DNA of 32,000 bases. Source: an uncultured Methanoregula sp. (GTDB taxonomy: Archaea; Halobacteriota; Methanomicrobia; Methanomicrobiales; Methanospirillaceae). Below the pieces are notes generated by a model. That model searched no databases. It was not told the DNA's origin and was given only the letters and a program-made list of their open reading frames with translations. Location of the stretch: NCBI GenBank assembly GCA_963667735.1, contig OY763919.1:1209539-1241538 (forward strand), written 5' to 3'. Positions 16,658 to 24,546 of the stretch are shown piece by piece; position 1 is the stretch's first letter; each line of letters starts with the position of its first letter. Made by a program: the position numbers and the translations under genes.

Positions 16658-16843
16658 TTATTTCTTTGGCTTGAGCGCCTCGTACTCGGCCAGGACCGGG
16701 GCAATGGTCTTGGTGGATATGGAACGTCTCACAAGAGCGGTGAGCTTGCGGCAGTAATGGATATGGGCCATCTGGAAACTGACGATCAAGCCAAAACAGA
16801 AACAGGTTACGATGACCAGGGAATAACTGACAATATCTACCAT
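16658..16843 (-). CDS. Micro membrane protein (61 aa), paralogue of the upstream gene
   Basis: The protein is MVDIVSYSLVIVTCFCFGLIVSFQMAHIHYCRKLTALVRRSISTKTIAPVLAEYEALKPKK. ATG 16843 is preceded by ggaggag, 15 nt after the stop of the upstream paralogue. Confidence 0.5.
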   Translation of the reverse strand: MVDIVSYSLVIVTCFCFGLIVSFQMAHIHYCRKLTALVRRSISTKTIAPVLAEYEALKPKK

Positions 16844-16858
16844 CTTTTCTCCTCCACT

Positions 16859-17047
16859 TTAGGTCTCCCTCTGGAGTTCGTCAACGATCGGCACAACGGA
16901 ATCTGCATCGGAACATTCCTTTGCCACGATCAAAAATCTCTTGGTATAATGCATAATCAGGAGCTGGTACCCGATGATCATCCCTATGGCGAAGGTGAGG
17001 ATCCCGATACCGATATAAATCAGAATATCCGTGGTAAGGTCAACCAT
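16859..17047 (-). CDS. Micro membrane protein (62 aa), paralogue of the downstream gene
   Basis: From ATG 17047 the protein is MVDLTTDILIYIGIGILTFAIGMIIGYQLLIMHYTKRFLIVAKECSDADSVVPIVDELQRET. It has the same MVD start, a single TM helix, the (M/I)HY motif and the (A/V)P(V/I)..E tail. The track start at 17083 is a TTG. Confidence 0.5.
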   Translation of the reverse strand: MVDLTTDILIYIGIGILTFAIGMIIGYQLLIMHYTKRFLIVAKECSDADSVVPIVDELQRET

Positions 17048-17192
17048 AATGTATCCTACTACAGAGACTGTTACTTCAGGCAACCTGATAAATATATTGA
17101 ATAGGTTCTCTCCGGCTGACTGTCTGAAAAGGTTAATCCCTATGGCTAATGCTACTTTACAGTAATCAAGACCCGCGAACGAGCCGGCCGGG

Positions 17193-18356
17193 GTGGTGAC
17201 TGCCCGTCTCCCTCACGGTTACGGCCGGGAACCCGATACCGTGTCCGAAACAACCCTGCCCCCCCTCCGGTTCAGCCTCTCGGAGCTGGCGGGATCGCTG
17301 GGGGATTTCGGGACTATCATTCCCCTCATCCTTGCCGTGGCGCTCGTCTCGGATGTCAATGCCCGCTACATCCTCCTCTTCTTTGGGATCTGGTTCATTG
17401 TCACGGGCCTCTGGTACCGGCTTCCCATCCCGCTCGAACCGATGAAAGCAGTGGCGGTGATCGTCATTGCCGGAACTATCGGGAGCGGCGAGATCGCAGC
17501 AGCGGGCCTCATCCTCGGCGTTATCTTCCTCGTGCTCGGGTACGGCCGCTTCTTCGGCATCATCGAGAAGTGGGTGCCCCAGAGCGTTGTCCGGGGTATC
17601 CAGCTGGGTCTTGCCCTGCTCCTCTTCAAATCCTCGATAGGTTTCGTGGTAAAAGACCCGCTCTTCTTCATCATCGGGATTGCCATCATCGCAGCATTCC
17701 TCCTGCTCGCCCGCTACCGGAACGTCCCCGATCTCTCGGCGATCGTTGTCATCGCTGTCGGTCTTGTCGGAGGGATCGCCATCTTCGGGGTTCCCCCGGT
17801 AAGCCTGATCCCCCCGCCCCAGCTGGTCATCCCGCTGACAACGGACTTCTCCTCTGCGTTCTCGACCCTTGTGCTCCCGCAGGTGGTCCTGACGATAACG
17901 AACGCCATCCTGGCCACATCCCTGCTCACCAAGGACCTGTTCGCCCAGGACATTGCGCCTAAGAAATTCTCCCGGACCATCGGGCTCATGAACCTCACGT
18001 CGGTACCGTTCGGCGGCTTTCCCATGTGCCACGGGGCGGGCGGCCTTGCCGGCCAGTACCGGTACGGGGCCCGGACCGGGGGTGCGAACGTGTATGCCGG
18101 CCTGATCTTCATCATCCTCGCCCTCTTCTTCACCTCGCCGCAGGTGCTCTCGATCATTGCCGTTGGCGTGCTCGGGGCCCTGCTCGTCTTTGTCGGGATC
18201 GAGATGTGCCGGTACAGTATCAGGACGGATTCCCTGCTCGTGACCGGAGTCATCGGGGTACTCGCGCTCGTGAGCTCCATGACCCTTGCATTTGTTGTGG
18301 GAATGGTTCTCGCGTACCTGGTCCCGTACATCCGGAAACGGGCGGCGGCCGGATAG
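17193..18356 (+). CDS. MOT1/SulP-related putative molybdate (or sulfate-type oxyanion) transporter
   Basis: The family motifs LSELAGSLGDFGTIIPLIL and FPMCHGAGGLAGQYRYGARTGG are present in a polytopic protein. The start is uncertain, with GTGs at 17193, 17196 and 17241. Confidence 0.75.
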   Translation: MVTARLPHGYGREPDTVSETTLPPLRFSLSELAGSLGDFGTIIPLILAVALVSDVNARYILLFFGIWFIVTGLWYRLPIPLEPMKAVAVIVIAGTIGSGEIAAAGLILGVIFLVLGYGRFFGIIEKWVPQSVVRGIQLGLALLLFKSSIGFVVKDPLFFIIGIAIIAAFLLLARYRNVPDLSAIVVIAVGLVGGIAIFGVPPVSLIPPPQLVIPLTTDFSSAFSTLVLPQVVLTITNAILATSLLTKDLFAQDIAPKKFSRTIGLMNLTSVPFGGFPMCHGAGGLAGQYRYGARTGGANVYAGLIFIILALFFTSPQVLSIIAVGVLGALLVFVGIEMCRYSIRTDSLLVTGVIGVLALVSSMTLAFVVGMVLAYLVPYIRKRAAAG

Positions 18357-18469
18357 ACGGATACGGCGGTCCTGCTGCACGATCCCGCCATCTCGCCCGG
18401 ACCGCTCTGGTGCTCTTTTTGTGGGCACAATACCAGTATTGATTAGCCGGCGTTTCCAACACCTGATCA

Positions 18470-19378
18470 ATGCAGCACGAATCAGGCATTCATATGAAAG
18501 GAGGCGTGATAACCGAACGCGATCCCGATTACTGCACAGTCAGGCTCCGTGCACCGGCAGGCGTCTTCACGGTCGACCAGCTCCGGGGAATTGCCACTCT
18601 TGCCAAAAGGTACGGGAACGGCGAGGTGCATGGCACCACCCGCCAGACCCTCGAGATCCCGCATGTCAGGGGGTCCGACTTAAAAAAACTCGGAAAGGGT
18701 CTTGAGAAGAACAATACCCCTATCGGTTCCGAGAAGGACGAAGTGGTCAACATCATAGCCTGCCCGGGTACCTCCCGGTGCAAGTTCGCCAATATCGATA
18801 CGATAAGCCTTGCAAAGAAGATCGATGCAAAACTCTTCGGGAAGGAGATGCCGGTCAAGATGCGCATCGCCCTCTCGGGCTGCCCGAATGCCTGCACGAG
18901 CCCGATGCTCAACGAGATCGGGATCATCGGACGGGTGAGACCGGTCCGGACCACGGAGCGGCTCTGCACCGGCTGCGGCAACTGCGTCTATTACTGCAAG
19001 GAGAAGGCAATCCGGATCAGAAACGGTATTTCCGTGCTGGACGAGGGCAAGTGCGTGGACTGCGGGGTCTGCGTCCAGTCCTGCCATTTCGACCTCATCA
19101 AGGCCGAGCACCGCCATTTCCTCATAACCGTCGGGGGCCGGCGCGGCAGGCATCCGAGGATCGGCAGGGAACTCTTAACGGTCGAGACCGAGGAGCAGGT
19201 TCTTTTTGCCATCGACAGGATCATTGACTGGGTGTACCGCCGGGCCTGGAGCGGCAGGCTGCTCTCCGAGCAGCTGGACGAGATCCATTTCGAAAAGTTC
19301 CGGGAGGACATCCTGAAGCAGGTGCCGGAAGCAAAGCCGGTCACCGATGAGAAGAATGCTGCCGTGAAAAAAGAATAA
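18470..19378 (+). CDS. Small sulfite/nitrite-reductase-like siroheme protein with an inserted 2x[4Fe-4S] ferredoxin domain (Dsr-like protein, AsrC-like)
   Basis: The siroheme/cluster motif is CPGTSRC...CPNAC (Cx5C...Cx3C). Two ferredoxin motifs are present, CTGCGNCVYYC and CVDCGVCVQSC. An alternative start is ATG 18494 (MKGGV). Confidence 0.75.
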   Translation: MQHESGIHMKGGVITERDPDYCTVRLRAPAGVFTVDQLRGIATLAKRYGNGEVHGTTRQTLEIPHVRGSDLKKLGKGLEKNNTPIGSEKDEVVNIIACPGTSRCKFANIDTISLAKKIDAKLFGKEMPVKMRIALSGCPNACTSPMLNEIGIIGRVRPVRTTERLCTGCGNCVYYCKEKAIRIRNGISVLDEGKCVDCGVCVQSCHFDLIKAEHRHFLITVGGRRGRHPRIGRELLTVETEEQVLFAIDRIIDWVYRRAWSGRLLSEQLDEIHFEKFREDILKQVPEAKPVTDEKNAAVKKE

Positions 19379-19518
19379 TGCATGTCCTGGTTTCAGGCTT
19401 GGGACTGAACCGTGCCTTTTCCCCGCTCCTTCTTTTTTGCACCCTGATTTATGGCATATCCATGGTCATGGTGATGGGGAATCAGCCAACATGACACTCC
19501 CCTTCGGAATGCATAATT

Positions 19519-19560
19519 AAAAAAAACAGCCGGCGCCTCTCCCTGAAACGAGATGCCGGC
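19519..19560 (-). terminator. Hairpin + T8 terminator after fwdC
   Basis: The minus strand reads gccggc (19560-19555) ... gccggc (19534-19529), followed by tg and TTTTTTTT (19526-19519). It lies ~50 nt downstream of the fwdC stop. Confidence 0.45.
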
Positions 19561-19606
19561 TTTGCACTGATGCGTGTGTGCTGATAAAAATGGCGGGAAG
19601 AAAGGA

Positions 19607-20407
19607 CTAGATCTTCTTGTACAGATTCCCGTACACGACAATGCCTTTCTTCTTCTTGTGGCGCTCTCCAAGATCGCCGATGAAGTGGGCAAAGGTCGCC
19701 TTTTTGCCGTCAACTTCGAGCTCGACTTCGCCGTTTGGCTTGAAGCCGGGCATCATGACCTCGATGGAGCCAAAGACGTAGATCGTTCCCTCGACCATCT
19801 GGCCGCCGAGCTTGCTCTTGGCATTGCCCTTGACAACGAGCTTGCCTCCCTCTGCATGGGTCATGGCGTGGACATCGACATTGCCGTTGACAATGATCTC
19901 GCCGCCGAGCATGTACATGCCGATATCGGAACCGGCATTGCCCTTGACCAGGATCTTACCGCCGGACATGCCTCTCCAGTCGCCCCGGTAGGCTGCGCCG
20001 AGATAGTTGCCGGCATTGCCCTCGATGGTCAGCTCCCCGCCTTTCATGGCCGTTGCGGCAAAGGCTGCAACATCGCCCTTTGCAAGGAGTTTTCCTCCCT
20101 TCATCCAGGCTCCCACGTACTGGTCGGCGCTCCCTTCGATGACCAGCTCGCCGGCGGTCATCTTGAAGCCGAGGTACTTAACCTTCTTCACATCGCCTTT
20201 GACAATGATCTTCGTGTCAGCCGCGGTTGCACCTGCGCTTCCGCTGACTTCGAAGTACTTGCCAAGGGTCGAGGGCACGTTTCCCTCGAAGACGGGAAGT
20301 TCCGCAATCTGGGCAGCGCTCTTTCCGGCAAATGCATCGGGGGAGATGGTGTCTGCCTCAAGATACAGTGCAGGCGCATTTTTCAAATTAATGGTAACGG
20401 TTTCCAT
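19607..20407 (-). CDS. fwdC: Formylmethanofuran dehydrogenase subunit C
   Basis: A repetitive beta-helix G-x-x-G-x-x-G pattern is present (GNAGNYLGAAYRGDWRGMSGGKILVKGNAGSDIGMYMLGGEIIVNGNV). The RBS gaggtggag precedes ATG 20407. Confidence 0.9.
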   Translation of the reverse strand: METVTINLKNAPALYLEADTISPDAFAGKSAAQIAELPVFEGNVPSTLGKYFEVSGSAGATAADTKIIVKGDVKKVKYLGFKMTAGELVIEGSADQYVGAWMKGGKLLAKGDVAAFAATAMKGGELTIEGNAGNYLGAAYRGDWRGMSGGKILVKGNAGSDIGMYMLGGEIIVNGNVDVHAMTHAEGGKLVVKGNAKSKLGGQMVEGTIYVFGSIEVMMPGFKPNGEVELEVDGKKATFAHFIGDLGERHKKKKGIVVYGNLYKKI

Positions 20408-20418
20408 TTCTCTCCACC

Positions 20419-22128
20419 TCAGTTGGTTGCATCCACCTCAAGGGCGTACGGGTTCGGGACAAAGTGGTGCCCGAGCGCCTCGTAGTTGTTCTGCGTCATG
20501 CTGTAGTACTTGACGAACTTCTCGGCAATGTCGCGCATGACCTGCGGGTTCTCCTTGGCCTTGACATTGACCCAGAGCGTGCGCTTGTGGCCGTTACTTA
20601 CAATCTCGCCATTGCTGACAACCTGCACGCCGCTCTTGAAGACCGCTGCGCAGCGGCTGAATGCGGTCTCGATGTCGTCCGGGTTTGCAACCGGCTTGTC
20701 GGGGTTGAAGTTGTAGACTGCAACGTCGGCATCCATGCCGGGTTTCAGGCCGCCGCAGATTGCGGTAAGACCCAGGGATTTGGCCGGGCCGGCGCGGGTC
20801 ATCTGGGCCAGTTCGTAGAGCGAGATCTCCTTGTCCAGGCTGCCGATGCTGGTCTGGGAGAGGACCTTGTCCTTGTGCTTGAAGGCGTCGATCTGTGCGT
20901 CGCGGGCCTTCTTGCTCATGAGCCACTTGATGACGCGGGGGTACCGGGTGAACGGTCCTGCGTTCGGGTGGTCGGTGGTGATGTAGCAGCGCATCGGGTC
21001 CTTCATCATCAAGGGGATCTCAAGACCGATCGCCCACTGGATGGCGCAGACCGAGATGGACGGGCTGTAGATGTACGGCACGACACCGGCTGCGGTCTCG
21101 AGTTCGACATCGCAGTTGGCCCACTTCAGGTGATTGAGGCCGGTGAGGTGGTGCTCGAACGGACCGTCGGCAGTCATCGTCGTGGTCTCGTCAAGGGTGA
21201 CGTTTCCGGTGTCGATGGTGATGTTCTTGTTCTTGTTCACGTAGTCGGTGATCTCTTTTGCGCCCGATTCGAAGTCGCCCCAGTTGGTTCCCTTGTAGGA
21301 GTGGAACTGGGAGTGGGTGAGGTGCAGTACCTGCTCGCGGCCGAAGGTGTTCTTGGCCTTGAATCCCTCTGCGATCTTCAGGGTGTCGAGGGTTGTCTGG
21401 TAGCATCCGGGGTTCCCGAGGTTGTTCGGGTGGATGTGCACGGAGTGCGGGAGACCGAGGTACTCGTTTGCCTCGATGAGACCCTTGACGATCTCTGCCG
21501 GGGTGATGTCAAAGTACGGGACCGGGTCGTTGACCGAGAGACAGTTCAGTCCCCAGGCCCAGGCTTCCGTGCCGCCGGGGTTGACAACCTTGACTGCATA
21601 ACCCTTCGTCACTTTGAGGAGCCAGGCAATGTAGGCGGCGGTGTTCTCGACTTCCTGGTTCTTGAGGTATTCGAGTACGAACCAGTTGTTCCCGAAGACC
21701 GGGAATGCGCCCTCGTCGATGATGGGGGTGTCGCGGATCTCCTCGTGCACGTGGCGGGCGAAGAGCGGGGGCATGGCGGCTTCCATTGCCGTGGTGTAGC
21801 CCATCTTGGCATACTCGTAGCCGGTCTTGAACGTGGTCGGGATCGAGGCCCCGCCGCCCATCCGCTCCATGCCCTTTGTGGGCGTGCAGCTGAAGAGCTT
21901 GTCCTCGGGCCGGTAGATACGTCCGAGGTTGACCTTGGGCCCGGCGATGTGAGAGTGGATCTCGACTGCGCCTGCCATGACGGTCTTTCCGGTGGCGTCG
22001 ATAACCTTTGCACCGGATCCGACCTTGTCGACAATCTTGCCGTCTTTTATTGCGATATCTTTCTTGTCGCCCTTGATGCCCTGGACCGGGTCAAAGACGT
22101 GGCCGTTCTTGATGATATATTCAGACAT
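20419..22128 (-). CDS. fwdA: Formylmethanofuran dehydrogenase subunit A (amidohydrolase fold)
   Basis: The protein starts MSEYIIKNGHVFDP... and contains EIHSHIAGPKVN. At ~570 aa it has FwdA length. ATG 22128 lies 1 nt after the fwdB stop, and the track start at 22137 is a TTG. Confidence 0.9.
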   Translation of the reverse strand: MSEYIIKNGHVFDPVQGIKGDKKDIAIKDGKIVDKVGSGAKVIDATGKTVMAGAVEIHSHIAGPKVNLGRIYRPEDKLFSCTPTKGMERMGGGASIPTTFKTGYEYAKMGYTTAMEAAMPPLFARHVHEEIRDTPIIDEGAFPVFGNNWFVLEYLKNQEVENTAAYIAWLLKVTKGYAVKVVNPGGTEAWAWGLNCLSVNDPVPYFDITPAEIVKGLIEANEYLGLPHSVHIHPNNLGNPGCYQTTLDTLKIAEGFKAKNTFGREQVLHLTHSQFHSYKGTNWGDFESGAKEITDYVNKNKNITIDTGNVTLDETTTMTADGPFEHHLTGLNHLKWANCDVELETAAGVVPYIYSPSISVCAIQWAIGLEIPLMMKDPMRCYITTDHPNAGPFTRYPRVIKWLMSKKARDAQIDAFKHKDKVLSQTSIGSLDKEISLYELAQMTRAGPAKSLGLTAICGGLKPGMDADVAVYNFNPDKPVANPDDIETAFSRCAAVFKSGVQVVSNGEIVSNGHKRTLWVNVKAKENPQVMRDIAEKFVKYYSMTQNNYEALGHHFVPNPYALEVDATN

Positions 22129-22129
22129 G

Positions 22130-23446
22130 TTATGCAACCCCCTTGAGCGTCTTTAAGCGGTCACGGACTTTGATGAGGAACTGCTCGTCGGTGAGCATGC
22201 CCTCGGGCGGCTCGACAACCTTGCGGCAGTCGATCGGGACATTGTCCATGCGGTAGCAGTTGCCGCCGCATTCGACACCGTTGAATGCAACGGGGATATG
22301 GAGCTTGGAGACGCCGGAGGTCGGGGTCAGGTGCGGGTCGATACAGACCGAGGGAACCTGGGCGATGTGCTTGACAGCGCTGATGGGGAAGTGTGCCCCC
22401 GGGTCGCTCCCTATGGTGAACATGGCATCGATCTCGCCTCGGTTGAGGAGATCGATCGAGCTCGAGTCGCCCGGGTTGTAGCGGGCAAAGCCGCGGGTCA
22501 GGTCAACGGAGTACGGGAACCCGAACTGCCAGGCAAAGACTTCTCCGGAGCCGGTCACGTTGTAGTGGCCCCGCATCGGCATGATCGAGTACTTCGTGTA
22601 CTCGTTGAGGTCCTTGGTCAGGGCAATGGCCTCGTCGATGTTGTGGTTCTTGGAGAGGGACTGGGTGACACCCATACCGAAGAAGATGATGCCGAACCGG
22701 CCGCTCTTCAGGGTATCCGCAACCTCGCGAATCTTGGCTGCCGGGATACCGGCAACCACATCGGGGAGCCACTCTCCCTTGAGGGCAACGCGGAGTGCAT
22801 TGAGCAGCTCGTAGTCGCGGCCCTGCTCGACCTGCAGGTGGACATCGGCCATCTTGGCGGTGTCGGTGCAGCGGGGGTCAACGACCACCAGCTTGCGGCT
22901 CATCTGTCCCTTGCCGGTGAAGAAACCGCGGGGGAAGATGGAGTACCGGGACATGTGCCGGGGGTGGGCGTGAGCCGGGTTGCAACCCCAGAATATGACG
23001 CGGTCGGCACGGTTCTTGACCTCACCGAGCGTACAGGTCGGGAGACCGATGTCCTGTACCGCAATCAGGGTGGTGCCGTGGCAGACCGCTGCGGTGTTGT
23101 CGCAGCAGGCTTTCGAGATCTCGGCGATCTCGTTGCCTACGCTCTGGGCCTCGCAGTTGGTTGAGGACCAGCCGTACATCAGGGGCTTCTTTGCCTTCGC
23201 GAGCATCTGGGCCGTGTATTCGGCAGCCTCATCATAGCTGATCTCCTTCCAGCTGCCGTCGGCCTGGCGCAGCCGGGGTTTCGTGACCCGGTCGGCTGAC
23301 TGGGAGTGGAGGAACTTCTCGGTCCCGATGACGCAGGCATTGTAGACTTCGAGCAGTTTCTTGCCGTCATCCGATACAACGACTTCGAGATCGTCGCAGA
23401 GGGTTCCGCAGAACGGGCAGATGACATCGGTGATAGTCTTGGTCAT
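22130..23446 (-). CDS. fwdB: Formylmethanofuran dehydrogenase subunit B (molybdo/tungstopterin subunit, Cys type)
   Basis: The N-terminal cluster motif is CPFCGTLCDD and the fold is MopB-type. The reading frame is uninterrupted, so there is no in-frame UGA. ATG 23446 overlaps the fwdD stop (ATGA). Confidence 0.9.
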   Translation of the reverse strand: MTKTITDVICPFCGTLCDDLEVVVSDDGKKLLEVYNACVIGTEKFLHSQSADRVTKPRLRQADGSWKEISYDEAAEYTAQMLAKAKKPLMYGWSSTNCEAQSVGNEIAEISKACCDNTAAVCHGTTLIAVQDIGLPTCTLGEVKNRADRVIFWGCNPAHAHPRHMSRYSIFPRGFFTGKGQMSRKLVVVDPRCTDTAKMADVHLQVEQGRDYELLNALRVALKGEWLPDVVAGIPAAKIREVADTLKSGRFGIIFFGMGVTQSLSKNHNIDEAIALTKDLNEYTKYSIMPMRGHYNVTGSGEVFAWQFGFPYSVDLTRGFARYNPGDSSSIDLLNRGEIDAMFTIGSDPGAHFPISAVKHIAQVPSVCIDPHLTPTSGVSKLHIPVAFNGVECGGNCYRMDNVPIDCRKVVEPPEGMLTDEQFLIKVRDRLKTLKGVA

Positions 23447-23850
23447 CCTACGATCACCCCGCACTGCTTCTGGACAAGTTCGATACCGAGAAGGATAGGC
23501 TCGTTGATAGCTACTTCAATGGTGACCGGGGTGCCCTTGAAGGTCGGCATACCGGTGGAGTAGGTGTTCGGGTTGATGATCGAGTTTGCCCACGGGCCCA
23601 TGGGGATAAAAGCAACGCCCGGGTGGGGTCCCTGCGTGGCTTCGACAGCTTTGACGACGACGCTGCCATACTCGCTCGTGACCTTCACGTTGGTGTTCTT
23701 CCATGCGCCGAGTGCTTTCAAATCGACGGTGTCCATCTCGATTATGCCGCAGGCGGTGCGGTACGAGGACTTCTCTTTGCCGCTCTCGATAGCAACACCC
23801 TGCTGGATGGTCCTGCCGGAGATCAGGTTAACAGATATTGACTTTGCCAT
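23443..23850 (-). CDS. fwdD: Formylmethanofuran dehydrogenase subunit D (molybdopterin dinucleotide-binding beta-barrel)
   Basis: The protein starts MAKSISVNLISGRTIQQG, contains ...VKVTSEYGSVVVKAV...AFIPMGPWAN, is 135 aa long, and has the RBS gaggaa. Confidence 0.85.
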   Translation of the reverse strand: MAKSISVNLISGRTIQQGVAIESGKEKSSYRTACGIIEMDTVDLKALGAWKNTNVKVTSEYGSVVVKAVEATQGPHPGVAFIPMGPWANSIINPNTYSTGMPTFKGTPVTIEVAINEPILLGIELVQKQCGVIVG

Positions 23851-23863
23851 AGTATTCCTCGCT

Positions 23864-24157
23864 TCAGGCCACGTTTTGGATCATCTCTCCCCTGCCGGAG
23901 AGGCGTATTACGTCATACGGGCAGGCATTGACACAGACGCCACAACCTGCGCAGAGTTCAGCCTTCACATCGAGGTGAACCGACTTTCCGTTCCTGACGG
24001 CGTAGATCTTCTCTTTGGTAGCCGGGTCCACGGTATATAGCTCAAGGGCATCAACCGGGCATGCGATGACACAGTTGCCACAACCGGTGCATCGCTCCAT
24101 GTTTACATGTACAGAAAACGCCATGCGCATCACACACATTGTCGTCGATGGATCCAA
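23864..24157 (-). CDS. 2x[4Fe-4S] ferredoxin of the fwd operon (FwdG-like)
   Basis: Two motifs are present, CTGCGNCVIACP and CAGCGVCVNACP. The start is ambiguous, with in-frame ATGs at 24157, 24139, 24130 and 24124. Confidence 0.75.
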   Translation of the reverse strand: MDPSTTMCVMRMAFSVHVNMERCTGCGNCVIACPVDALELYTVDPATKEKIYAVRNGKSVHLDVKAELCAGCGVCVNACPYDVIRLSGRGEMIQNVA

Positions 24158-24546
24158 TGTTGTTGAGCAAGTTAATTAAAGATATCTAAATTTACAACGT
24201 GGTAATCAAAAGTAGTTAACTCGCTGCGATAAGTTATGTGGAAACCATGTACTTTTCCTGGATTCCGGCCCGTTTTCCGATCGTTTCGGATACAAAAACC
24301 GCAAGATCCGGCCCCTGATTTCATAATCACGTCCAAAATGGACGATGCCACTATATAATCGTTTGCTCCCTGCCATCCCCATGCCGGATTTCTGCAATCG
24401 CATGTGCATGCGCGTAATCGAAAGACGCCATATACAATATTGTACGTGCACTAATTGTCTACAGTGTACCTGTAATACGTGATTGGAGAAATCCGCGACA
24501 TGTATTCAGTAAAATGGTGAACCGGATGCAAACCATTACTCAGGTT

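Noticed and set aside
20464-22146. Long antisense ORFs opposite real genes. The largest is 560 aa opposite fwdA. Others are 27332-28528 and 29061-30299 opposite fdhB/fdhA, 25195-26514 opposite moeA, 17166-18470 opposite the MOT transporter, 11795-12586 opposite the glycosyltransferase, 14538-15422 opposite the ligase, and 19574-20485 opposite fwdC.
   Set aside because: Their translations are low-complexity (Asp/Gly/Val/Arg/Leu-rich) with no recognisable motifs. The opposite strand encodes proteins with clear family signatures. These are shadow ORFs, which are expected in GC-rich coding DNA.
24206-24451. An 81-aa ORF in the fwd upstream spacer
   Set aside because: It lies in AT-rich promoter-like DNA and has odd composition (many M/R/H/Y). 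It has no SD sequence and no recognisable family. It is most likely spurious.
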